Positions 1-8,737 of a stretch of DNA of 64,000 nt are shown piece after piece (within the stretch, counting starts at the first letter, position 1; every line of letters begins with the position of its first letter). The stretch comes from Candidatus Spongiisociaceae bacterium (GTDB lineage: Bacteria > Actinomycetota > Acidimicrobiia > Spongiisociales > Spongiisociaceae). The stretch covers positions 2,144,001 through 2,208,000 of the forward strand of contig OZ253564.1 of NCBI GenBank assembly GCA_965262915.1. Reading direction: 5' to 3'. The notes under the pieces are model-generated. The model saw only the letters and a program-made list of their open reading frames with translations. It had not been told where the DNA came from and ran no database searches. Position numbers and translations under genes: made by a program.

Positions 1-2
1 TG

Positions 3-1844
3 GTGCCTGTTCAGCGAAAAGGCGAGGACGCCGAGGTCGTTACGCAGTTCGAGATGCACGCCATCGAAGAACTGGGTCTGCTGAAGGTGGACATACTCGG
101 CTTGCGCACCCTGTCCACCATCGAGAGAACCCTCGAACTGGTCGAGAGCAAAACGGGTAGGCGTCTCGACATCGACCAAATCGATCTCGAGGACAGGGCA
201 ACTTACGAGATGCTCTGCCGGGCGGACACGATCGGTGTCTTCCAGCTCGAGGGAACGGCCATGCGTTCGCTGATCCGGAGCCTCGGGCCGGACCGATTCG
301 AAGACATGATTGCCCTCGTGGCCCTGTACCGGCCCGGTCCGATGTCCAACGACTGGCACAACGCCTACGCCGATCGTAAGAACCGGCGTCAGGCGGTGGA
401 CTATCCCCATCCGGCCACCGAAGGGGTGTTGGGCGAAACCTACGGTCTGATGATCTACCAGGAGCAGGTGATGCAGATCGCCCGGGACATCGCCGGCTAC
501 ACGATGGCCGATGCGGACGCCCTCCGTAAGGCGATGGGCAAGAAGATCACGGCGATCATGAAGAGAGAACGGGAGAAGTTCATCTCGGGTGTGGTGGCCG
601 GCGGCGAGAGCGCCGGCTTCGGTGGGGAGCTCTTCGACTCGATCGAGGGGTTCGCAGGATACGGATTCAACAAGTCCCACAGTGCGGCGTACGGTCTGCT
701 GGCCTACCAGACCGCCTACTTGAAGGTTCACTTCCCGGCCGAATTCATGGCCGCCCTCCTCACGTCGGTCCGGAGGGACAAGGACAAGACCGCGATCTAC
801 CTGAACGAGTGCCGGACGATGGGCATAGAGGTGCTGCCGCCGTCGGTGAACATGTCCGAGAGCGACTTCACCGTCCAGGACGCCAAGATCGTATTCGGGC
901 TGTCAGCGGTACGTAACGTGGGTTCGGGGATGGTGGACAAGATCACCGAAGCCCGAAAGGGGGGAGGTCGGTTCGCTGATTTCCAGGACTTCGCAGACCG
1001 GGTGGACACCTCGGTTCTGAACAAGCGTATCGTGAGCTCTCTCATCAAGGCCGGGGCCTTCGATCAGCTGGGGCATCCCCGCCAGGGCTTGTTCCTGGCC
1101 TACGAGCTGCTAATCGAGCGGACCATCGGGCGCAGGCGTCAGGAGGACCGGGGACAGTTCAGCCTGTTCGGCGAGGACATAGGCATACCCGACTTCGATC
1201 CGGTGGAGATCCCGGACCAGGAATGGCCGAAGAAGCTCCTGCTGTCGTTCGAGAAGGAGATGCTGGGGATGTACGTGTCCGACCATCCTCTACTCGGTCT
1301 CGACGGGGTGGTGCAGCGGCTCACGACTAGCACGATCTCGGGCTTGAGGGACTATCCCGACGGGTCCGAGGTCACCATCGCCGGGATCGTCAGCGGGATA
1401 ACCCGGAGGTTCACCAAGGGCGGGGATCCGATGGCGTTCTTCAACCTCGAGGATCTGGAGAGCTCGGTGGAGGTGCTGGCCTTCCCCAAGACGATGGCGC
1501 AATCGGGTGCTCTGATACAGGATGATGCGATCCTGGTGGTGAAGGGTCGGTTGAACAATTCGGGTGATGATCTGAAGGTGCGCTCGTTCATGATCGTCGA
1601 ACCGGATCTGACCCCCCGGTCGGAACTACGGCTGACCGTACCTGCCGGGGTCCTGTCGAGGGACACGGTGGGGAAACTCAAGGAGATACTCATCAACCAT
1701 CCGGGCTCCGCACCGGTATTCGTGGAGATGACCTCCGACGGCCGTTTCAAGATACTGCGACTCGACGACCAGTTCCGGGTCGATCGGACCTCGGCCCTGC
1801 TGGCCGAGATCCGGAATCTGCTGGGCGCCACAGCCGTAGCCTGA
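3..1844 (+). CDS. dnaE: DNA polymerase III alpha subunit, 5'-truncated by window edge
   Basis: GLLKVDILGL, GVFQLE, YQEQVM, FAGYGFNKSHSAAY motifs; QFSLF clamp-binding motif and C-terminal OB fold point to replicative DnaE1. Confidence 0.97.
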   Translation: MPVQRKGEDAEVVTQFEMHAIEELGLLKVDILGLRTLSTIERTLELVESKTGRRLDIDQIDLEDRATYEMLCRADTIGVFQLEGTAMRSLIRSLGPDRFEDMIALVALYRPGPMSNDWHNAYADRKNRRQAVDYPHPATEGVLGETYGLMIYQEQVMQIARDIAGYTMADADALRKAMGKKITAIMKREREKFISGVVAGGESAGFGGELFDSIEGFAGYGFNKSHSAAYGLLAYQTAYLKVHFPAEFMAALLTSVRRDKDKTAIYLNECRTMGIEVLPPSVNMSESDFTVQDAKIVFGLSAVRNVGSGMVDKITEARKGGGRFADFQDFADRVDTSVLNKRIVSSLIKAGAFDQLGHPRQGLFLAYELLIERTIGRRRQEDRGQFSLFGEDIGIPDFDPVEIPDQEWPKKLLLSFEKEMLGMYVSDHPLLGLDGVVQRLTTSTISGLRDYPDGSEVTIAGIVSGITRRFTKGGDPMAFFNLEDLESSVEVLAFPKTMAQSGALIQDDAILVVKGRLNNSGDDLKVRSFMIVEPDLTPRSELRLTVPAGVLSRDTVGKLKEILINHPGSAPVFVEMTSDGRFKILRLDDQFRVDRTSALLAEIRNLLGATAVA

Positions 1845-1891
1845 ACCGTCCGCCTGTCGGGCTCATCGGCCATCGGGGCTGCTCGCCAGGC

Positions 1892-3031
1892 TTACCCCAG
1901 GCAGGCGGTGACCACTGCATCCCACGAGGGCGACCGGGGGTCGATGAGGTCGAAGTGGTCGGCCTCGGGGAGTTCTACCAGGCGGGCATCGTCACCGGAC
2001 GCGAGAGCTGCTTCGATGAACCGGCGGCTCTGGTCCGGGAGCACGTCATCGTCCCGGTGGCCATGTACCGCCACGATCGGTGCGCCGCACGGGAGCGCCC
2101 GGATCGGGTCCACCCGGTCGAGGCTCGTTTCTGGTTCGTCGCCCAGGAATCCGGCCAGAAGGTCCTCGAAGCCGGACCCGAGCCGGCGGAGGTCGAGCAT
2201 CCCACCAAGGGATACGAGACGGACCGGACGCCTCCGGGCGGCCTTGGTGGCGAAGAAACCGAGGTGACCCCCGGCCGAGTGGCCGACCACGGTCACGTCT
2301 GACGGTTCGATCGGGTAGTTGCCGGCTATCGAATCGAGGGCGTCCACGCCGGCGACGACGTCGGCGATCGTCTTACGCCAGCCGCCGACCGGGGGGATGC
2401 GCCGGTACTCGATACTCCAGGTGGCCAAACCTCGGGCGGCGAGGTCCACCGCAGCGCCGTCCATGGTGTCACGGGTGAAGTAGTCGAGCCAGCCGCCCCC
2501 ATGGATCAGCACGGCCACCGGATGAGGACCCGTCCCGTCGGGGAGCCGGAGGTCCCCAACCTGATCGGGATGCGTCCCGTAGCCGAGCGTCACCGGCGGA
2601 TGTTCGGCCCGGTAGTGAAGGTGGGCGATGGCCGACAGGTAACCTTGGACGCCGCGCCCGAAGATCTGGTAGGCGCAGGCCGGTTCGATCCGCGAGATCC
2701 GCCGCCACGCTTCCCTGCGGCGCACGTTGGAGATGTGGATCTCGACAGTCGGAAGGCCCACGGCTTCGATGGCGTCAGCTAGCGCGTAGCTGGTGTGGGT
2801 GTACGCGCCCGGGTTGAACACGATCGCGTCGGCCGTCTTCCGGGCGGCGTGGATAGCGTCGATGAGGGCGCCCTCGTGATTCGACTGGAAGGCTTCCAAC
2901 CGGTGGCCGTACTCGGCTGCCCCGGCCCGGCACAGTTCCTCCACCTCCGCGAGGGTGGTGGCCCCGTACACCTCGGGTGCTCGGGTTCCGAGCAGGTTGA
3001 GATTGGGCCCGTTGAGAAGCAGGATCCGCAT
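1892..3031 (-). CDS. aroQ: Type II 3-dehydroquinate dehydratase fused to C-terminal alpha/beta hydrolase
   Basis: N-term LNGPNLNLLGTR..YG, NPGAYTHTS, EIHISN; C-term IHGGGW, GHSAGG, HG..DD.V, DHF in one uninterrupted ORF. Confidence 0.9.
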   Translation of the reverse strand: MRILLLNGPNLNLLGTRAPEVYGATTLAEVEELCRAGAAEYGHRLEAFQSNHEGALIDAIHAARKTADAIVFNPGAYTHTSYALADAIEAVGLPTVEIHISNVRRREAWRRISRIEPACAYQIFGRGVQGYLSAIAHLHYRAEHPPVTLGYGTHPDQVGDLRLPDGTGPHPVAVLIHGGGWLDYFTRDTMDGAAVDLAARGLATWSIEYRRIPPVGGWRKTIADVVAGVDALDSIAGNYPIEPSDVTVVGHSAGGHLGFFATKAARRRPVRLVSLGGMLDLRRLGSGFEDLLAGFLGDEPETSLDRVDPIRALPCGAPIVAVHGHRDDDVLPDQSRRFIEAALASGDDARLVELPEADHFDLIDPRSPSWDAVVTACLG

Positions 3032-3043
3032 GATCGGCCAGCG

Positions 3044-3092
3044 TAGTCTGTAGTCTCTAGTCTGTAGTTTCCTGTCTGTAGCTTCCAGACTC
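3044..3092. repeat. Degenerate period-7 tandem repeat (TAGTCTG/TAGTCTC), about 7 units
   Basis: tagtctg tagtctc tagtctg tagtttc ctgtctg tagcttc cagactc. Confidence 0.8.
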
Positions 3093-3242
3093 TATTTTTA
3101 TTACTCGTTAGTAAATGTTAACCACCGACCACCGACACATTTGTCGATTTAGCCAGTTGAATATCGAGATTACTGTTGTTCTATAGCCTGTAGTATCTGT
3201 GTTCGTGCATAGTGGGACGATAGCGGCTGGGGAACCGAAAGC

Positions 3243-3431
3243 ATGACGGCGATTACGGAATCCTTGGTGGATGCCAAGGATGACAAGGTGAAGGCACAAC
3301 TGGAGACAGAGGTCGCGAAAGCGGTTGGCAACCTTCAGCGGTCGATGTACCAGACCGCGTTCTGGGTAGCCGGTACCGTTGTGGCGGCTCTCGGGATAGC
3401 CGTTTCCATCCTGTTATCGCAACTCTCGTAG
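3243..3431 (+). CDS. Small coiled-coil protein with C-terminal transmembrane helix (DUF1640-like)
   Basis: 62 aa; helical N-part, then hydrophobic FWVAGTVVAALGIAVSILL; AT-rich upstream region. Confidence 0.55.
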   Translation: MTAITESLVDAKDDKVKAQLETEVAKAVGNLQRSMYQTAFWVAGTVVAALGIAVSILLSQLS

Positions 3432-3518
3432 GTTCGCCGCTGGCCCGGCGGTCGATGACAGAAGATGCCTGGTCAGCGGACCGCGGGCCAACCGATCACA
3501 CCGTTTTCCAGCACCCTC

Positions 3519-4343
3519 CTAGTCCAGTTCGTACCACTCCACGGCTTCCGGAGTCAGGAAGTCGCGTATCCCGTTGACTATCCATCGGTGTCCGGTGTCG
3601 AGGAAGGCGAACACGCCGTCGACGCCCGCGCCCAACGGTGTCCCACGGGCGAACATGGTCAGGATCAGGAAGTCGGCGCCGCCCTCGGACCGGGCGGTTT
3701 CCAGCCGCCCGTACAAACGTCCCACGCGCCGGCCGTCGGCGTCCGGAATCACGTACTGGGTGATGATCCGCATCGCCTCGAGGTCCGGGAGGTACGCGCC
3801 CCGGCGCCCGGAGAAGATGCGTGCTACGCGGTCCAAGCCGCCAGGATCGTCCCAGAGGCCCCCTGACTGGAACTGGAACCGGTAGCTGATCTCGCACTGG
3901 AGGGGCTTGAACTCACCGAGATCGGTGTCTTGCGCGAACTCGATCAAGCTGGTGAGGGACTCGGTGAAGTCGGAGCGCACCGAGCCATAGCCCGGGTAGG
4001 GGGGAGGTGTTCCGTTGGCGGTGGCCCGGCCGGTCGCTCGCCAGTTCCGGGCGAACCAGTTGCGTTGGACCTGTATCAACCCGCTTCCGTCTTCGTTGCT
4101 GAACCATCTGCGGATGTTGGTTATGGGGCTGGCAGACGGCAGGGCCGCCAGGCTTCCGTCGGGTTCTTCGATGAACGGCTTGTGAGGAGCTTTCTCCTCG
4201 TCGGTGGGGAACTGCTCGACGTAGCACAGGTCCCGCAGGTCGTCGAGTTCGTACCGCAGCATGCGGTGGAACTCCTCGAAGCCCACACTCAGGGCTACTT
4301 CGACCAGCCCGCCGGTGGACGATGTCTTGAAGTCTTCAGGCAC
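3519..4343 (-). CDS. TIGR04255-like protein of unknown function
   Basis: LVEVALSVGF, RRWF...LIQVQ..WFARNWR, YPGY, QCEISY motifs; GTG at 4343 preceded by GGGAG. Confidence 0.7.
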   Translation of the reverse strand: MPEDFKTSSTGGLVEVALSVGFEEFHRMLRYELDDLRDLCYVEQFPTDEEKAPHKPFIEEPDGSLAALPSASPITNIRRWFSNEDGSGLIQVQRNWFARNWRATGRATANGTPPPYPGYGSVRSDFTESLTSLIEFAQDTDLGEFKPLQCEISYRFQFQSGGLWDDPGGLDRVARIFSGRRGAYLPDLEAMRIITQYVIPDADGRRVGRLYGRLETARSEGGADFLILTMFARGTPLGAGVDGVFAFLDTGHRWIVNGIRDFLTPEAVEWYELD

Positions 4344-4599
4344 GCGCGCTCCCACCGTGTTGCTACAGGATGATCGCAAAGGATACCAACATAGGCGATG
4401 GGCGAATCTCCGGCGGCGTCTCCGGTTGATTTTGGATGCCGGTGTCACCAGAACCGGTCGCGAGAATCGGCGTCCCACCTGGCGCGGTTAGGCTGGCCAG
4501 GTGTCCGGGGGCCCGGTAAGAGTTGGGTCGATGCATCCTTGCACCCGTTGAGGCCCGGACGATGATGGACTCACAGCAGGACACGTAAGGAGGCCGAGC

Positions 4600-5367
4600 A
4601 TGGGCGTATCCGGCCGCGTGGCGGTCATCACGGGGGCGGCGTCGGGTCAGGGCCGGGCTACGGCCCTGCGGTTGGCCGGAGAAGGCGCCCTGGTGGGTGC
4701 GCTGGACATCGATTCCGCGGGACTCGACAGTCTGGTCGAGGAGATATCCGCGATGGGAAGGCGGTGCCGCGGTCTCCCCGTTGATGTGTCCGACGCGGGA
4801 TCGGTAAAGTCGGCTTTCGAGGAGATCGAGGGCGATTTGGGCCGCGCCTACGTTCTGGCCGCAGCCGCGGCGATCTATCCACAGGCGGCTCTGTCCCACC
4901 AGCGGGATCCGGAAGAGACCGCCCGGGTCTTCGACGTGAACCTCGTGGGGGTGATCCACTGCACGAGTGCTGCCACAGCGCAGATGATCGAGGAAGGCCG
5001 CGGGGGGCGGATCATCCTGTGGTCGTCGATCGGGGCAGGCGCCGCCATAGCGGGCCATGCCGCGTACTGCGCGGGGAAGGCGGCCATCGAAGGACTGGGC
5101 CGGGCGCTGGGTGCCGAACTCGGACCCTACGGCATCACCGTCAACACCATCGCCCCCGGCGCCATCGACACCCCGATGATCGCCGACATACCGCCCGACC
5201 CGGCCTACTTCGAGATCCTGCCCGTCGGCCGGGCGGGGCGGCCCGACGAGGTGGCCCACCTGGTGAGCTACCTGTGCTCGGACGCGTCCGGATTCATGAC
5301 CGGCGCAGTGCTGGCCCTCGACGGGGGCTTGAGCGGTATCAACGGGGCGGTTCGACCGGAAGTGTGA
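4600..5367 (+). CDS. SDR family NAD(P)-dependent oxidoreductase
   Basis: TGAASGQG, YCAGK, PGAIDTPM; AAGGAGG RBS. Confidence 0.92.
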   Translation: MGVSGRVAVITGAASGQGRATALRLAGEGALVGALDIDSAGLDSLVEEISAMGRRCRGLPVDVSDAGSVKSAFEEIEGDLGRAYVLAAAAAIYPQAALSHQRDPEETARVFDVNLVGVIHCTSAATAQMIEEGRGGRIILWSSIGAGAAIAGHAAYCAGKAAIEGLGRALGAELGPYGITVNTIAPGAIDTPMIADIPPDPAYFEILPVGRAGRPDEVAHLVSYLCSDASGFMTGAVLALDGGLSGINGAVRPEV

Positions 5368-5425
5368 AGGCCGGTGTCCGGCATAGGGTTAGAAACGACG
5401 CCCCATCCAGAACGGAGGTGAACGC

Positions 5426-6445
5426 ATGAAGAACGCGGTTACGGTCACGGGCCTCATCCCCGCGGACCAGATCGGTAGGACGCTTCCCCACGAACACCTC
5501 TTCGCGACCATGACCTATGCGTATCCGGCGAGCAGCGAGGAGGCATACCGGCCCATCACCATCGACCGGCTGGGCGAGATCCGCTCCGACCTCATGACCA
5601 ACGTCAACAACATCCACCTCGACAGCAGTTGCGGCCAGGCGCTGGAACTCAAGAAGGCCGCCGACGCCGGCATCGACACGATTGTCGAGCTGACCACCGG
5701 GCCTATCGGGAGGAACCCCGAGAGGATGGTCGAGGTGTCCGAGTTCACGGGTGTCAACGTAATTTCGGGAACGGGCCAGTACCTGGCTCACCACCAGCGT
5801 CCGTGGGCCCTCGAGGCGTCCAGGGAGCAGCTGGCCGAGGTCATGATCCGCGAGCTGACGGAAGGGATCGGCGACACCGGGATCCGAACCGGTGTGATCG
5901 GGGAGATCGGGCTCTTCGAGCCGGTTCGTCCCGAGGAGCTGAAAGTTCTTGAAGCGGCCGTCCTCGCCCAGCACGCTACGGGCGCTCCTCTGTGGGTGCA
6001 CCTCATGAACGTACCGGTGGCGGCCGATGCCCTGGCGGTGTTCGACGAGTACGAGCCGATCTGGGAACGCACTGCCTTCTGCCACATGGACTTCGACATC
6101 CGCGACCTCACCTGGCACGAACGGGCGATGGAGCGGGGCATCAGTGTGGAGTTCGACTTCTTCGGCTCCGTATGGCTACCCATCGACCACTACATCCACT
6201 GCCCGACCGACCCGCAACGGTTGGCGGTTCTGGCCGACTGGTCTGAGAGAGGCTATGCCGACCGGGTACTCATCAGCCACGACGTCTGCAGCCGGGTGCA
6301 GTTCACCTCGCATGGCGGTTACGGGTATGCCTACATCCCGACGATCGTTCCCCGACTCATGGATCAGATGGGCATCGACAAGGAACTCCTGGACCGCTGG
6401 ATGATCGACACCCCCCGCCGTCTCCTGGCCTGGGCGGACTCGTAG
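5426..6445 (+). CDS. Phosphotriesterase-homology protein (PHP/PTE amidohydrolase)
   Basis: HEHL, GVIGEIG (Glu bridge, PHP type), VH, CHMD, SHD metal ligands; GGAGG RBS. Confidence 0.9.
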   Translation: MKNAVTVTGLIPADQIGRTLPHEHLFATMTYAYPASSEEAYRPITIDRLGEIRSDLMTNVNNIHLDSSCGQALELKKAADAGIDTIVELTTGPIGRNPERMVEVSEFTGVNVISGTGQYLAHHQRPWALEASREQLAEVMIRELTEGIGDTGIRTGVIGEIGLFEPVRPEELKVLEAAVLAQHATGAPLWVHLMNVPVAADALAVFDEYEPIWERTAFCHMDFDIRDLTWHERAMERGISVEFDFFGSVWLPIDHYIHCPTDPQRLAVLADWSERGYADRVLISHDVCSRVQFTSHGGYGYAYIPTIVPRLMDQMGIDKELLDRWMIDTPRRLLAWADS

Positions 6446-6517
6446 CCGTGCCATCGTCTGTCCACGCCGATGTCATAGGATGTGGACTATCACCAGAGAC
6501 CTAGGAGGCTTTCCGGC

Positions 6518-6808
6518 ATGTTCAAGCGGGTAGTTCATCCCGGTGAGATCCTCGCGGACGAACTGGCGGAGATGGGTATGACGCCTACGGAGTTCGCTCG
6601 TCAGATCGAAGTACCGCCGAACCGCATCAGCCAGATCATTGCCGGTAGGCGTTCCGTCACGGCCGACACTGCGCTACGGTTCGGACACTGGTTCGGGGTC
6701 GAGCCGCGGTTCTGGCTCAACCTACAGGCGCGGTACGCCCTGGTGATCGCCGATCAACGCGTCGGCGGCATGGTGCGCGCGTTACCGACGGCTGCTCAGA
6801 GTGCGTGA
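6518..6808 (+). CDS. higA: HigA family XRE antitoxin (orphan)
   Basis: HPGEILADEL, RSVTADTALRF, FWLNLQ..Y; AGGAGG RBS. Confidence 0.9.
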   Translation: MFKRVVHPGEILADELAEMGMTPTEFARQIEVPPNRISQIIAGRRSVTADTALRFGHWFGVEPRFWLNLQARYALVIADQRVGGMVRALPTAAQSA

Positions 6809-7136
6809 TGTCGCGAGGAACAGGGAAGACTGGCTCGATGAGATAGTCGTCGAGCAGCGATACAGATGGACCAGGCCCACTCCGACCCTGCTCGAAGGCT
6901 TGCTCCGGCAGGATCTTCCCTGCCGGATAAGACAATCCTACGCAGGCAACCACCCCGTTCTCCATGTAGCGATCGGGACCAACGGTACCCACAACTACTG
7001 GCAATGGGCCACTCTGGATCGGGAGACTTCCGAGCCATTGTCGAAAGAGGAAGCCATAGCCGGTCTCCGGAAAATCATCGAGCTGACAATGATCACGTCC
7101 AGAAGCAGCGTCGTTCCCAAGCTGATGAGCGCATGA
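6801..7136 (+). CDS. Hypothetical protein
   Basis: 111-aa ORF overlapping the higA stop and coupled (ATGA) to the next gene; no recognised motif. Confidence 0.4.
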   Translation: MRDVARNREDWLDEIVVEQRYRWTRPTPTLLEGLLRQDLPCRIRQSYAGNHPVLHVAIGTNGTHNYWQWATLDRETSEPLSKEEAIAGLRKIIELTMITSRSSVVPKLMSA

Positions 7137-7268
7137 CGCTGGTGGATACCATCCCGATAACGTCCCCGAGGGATGTAGCCCGCCGGGCTGTCGCAACAGT
7201 TTCCGCCCCCCACAACGATCTGAAAGCTTTGGAGACCGTTATATGGCTCATCGATGCTCCTATGGTTG

Positions 7269-8499
7269 TCAAGTCGGTGATGTGGCCGGTTCGTGGGTTA
7301 GGAGCCAGGTCTGGTATTGGCTGGCGAGTTGGTGGTTGTGGTCTCGGCCGCGTTCGAGTGCGGAGATGCGGCTGGGGTGGGTTCCGAGCTGTTGGGCGGC
7401 CTGGGTGACGGTGATGTTGGCGTGTTGACGTCGGCGGCGGAGCCGGGCGCAGTTCGGGGTTGGTGGCGGGTTGGTCAGCAGTCGGTAGATCTGTGGGGCG
7501 ATGTGCCGCTTGAGGCAGCGGATGATCTCTTTTCGGTTCTTTCCTTCCCCCTGGCGCCGTGCCACGTATTGGTTGGTGGCTGCGTCGTGGCGTATCCGGG
7601 TGGTAGCGCATCGGCCAGAGCGCGTTGTTGGCTTGGCGGTTACCTCCCCGGTTGAGACGATGCCGGATGGTCTGTCCCGATGATGCCTGGACGGGGCTGG
7701 CGCCACACAGCGCCGCGAAGGACCGTTCTGATTTCATCCGCTGGGGGTTGTCGCCGGCTGCGACTAGCAGGGCGGCTGCTGTGTCAGGGCCCACACCTTT
7801 GGCGGCTAACAGAGCCGGGTTAGCCTCGGCGCAGAGGCGACGGATCTCGATCTTGAGTTCTGCGATTTCTGTGTCGAGGGCTTGGTATCGGCGGGCCAGG
7901 TAGCGTAGAGCCATCTTCGCGTACGCCGCAGTGGTCTGTGCTTGGCCGGGACGCCAGCGGGCACAGACCCGAACCCGGGCCTTGAGCTTGAGACCTCTGA
8001 GCTGGCGTTTTACCTGTTCAGGTGCGGTAACGGTCACAGAATGTATCTGGTTAGCGGCCTGGGTGCGGGCCTTGGTAGCCGAGCGGCGGGCCACCAACAA
8101 CATCCGTATGCACTCAACGGGGCCGTCACCAGATTTGGGAACTGCGGTAGCTTGCCCCGAGGCCGCTGCCCGAGCTGCCGCCTCGGCGTCGACACTGTCG
8201 GTCTTGCCGCCCCGCTGGCGGCGTAGCTGCCGGTTCGGCCGGTTCACTTCTACCACCTCGATGCCCGCCGCCATCAGATAGCGGGCTAGGCCGGCGCCGT
8301 AGCTGCCGGTGCCCTCCACTCCTACCCGGAGCAGGTGCCCGTGGGTTCCGAACCACCTGGTCATCTGCTCATATCCGACCGGATCAGCCCCGAACGGAGC
8401 GGTTCCCAGCACTCGACCGGCGTTGTCGACCACCGCCGCAACATGGGTATCACGATGGGTATCAACCCCACCGAACACAACCCGACCATCTTCTTCCAT
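7269..8499 (-). pseudogene. IS110 recombinase with frameshift near 7610 and C-terminal HTH extension
   Basis: GVDTH, VEGTGSYG, KTDSVDA (DEDD), ASSG, RLNRGGNRQAN; C-terminus ATTRIRHD...RCLKRHIA continues in the 7269-7706 frame. Confidence 0.88.
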
Positions 8500-8543
8500 G
8501 ACGCCTTCCTCCTCTGCGGGATAGAATCACTTCCTAATCCTCG

Positions 8544-8717
8544 GACCCGGAAGGCGGTTGGACAGGCCACTCACGGTGGAGAACTCGAAGGCTCCTATTA
8601 GGTCACATCCGCCCCGGGTCAGGGGGTTACACCCCCAAGCTGGGAACAGGCCGACAGATCGATGAAAAGGCACAAGGCCAGATTTCAGTTGGGTCAGACC
8701 CGTCCCAGCCCAGGAAC
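8544..8717 (-). ncRNA. Putative IS110 bridge RNA (ends approximate)
   Basis: Two stem-loops with internal loops; guides ACTGAAATC (8689-8681) and TCATCGAT (8665-8658) match the target; ATAGGAGC (8598-8591) and TGAGTGG (8573-8567) match the donor. Confidence 0.8.
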
Positions 8718-8737
8718 CTTCTAAGTATGAGTGGATT

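Larger units (their letters stand above)
7253..8736 (-). mobile_element. IS110 family insertion sequence (bridge recombinase element)
   Basis: DEDD recombinase, about 235-bp non-coding left end, no terminal IRs, GAT (ATC on - strand) at both junctions (7253-7255, 8734-8736). Confidence 0.9.

Noticed and set aside
7093-7610. 468-aa IS110 ORF as listed in the track
   Set aside because: Its C-terminal part is out of frame and runs past the element end; the conserved C-terminus is in the 7269-7706 frame.
8719-8734. TTCTAAGTATGAGTGG as the remainder of the ISL3 IR, which would put the IS110 end near 8720
   Set aside because: It resembles the other IR, but the 8734-8736 boundary explains the duplicated core, all four guides, the junction promoter and a longer IR match.
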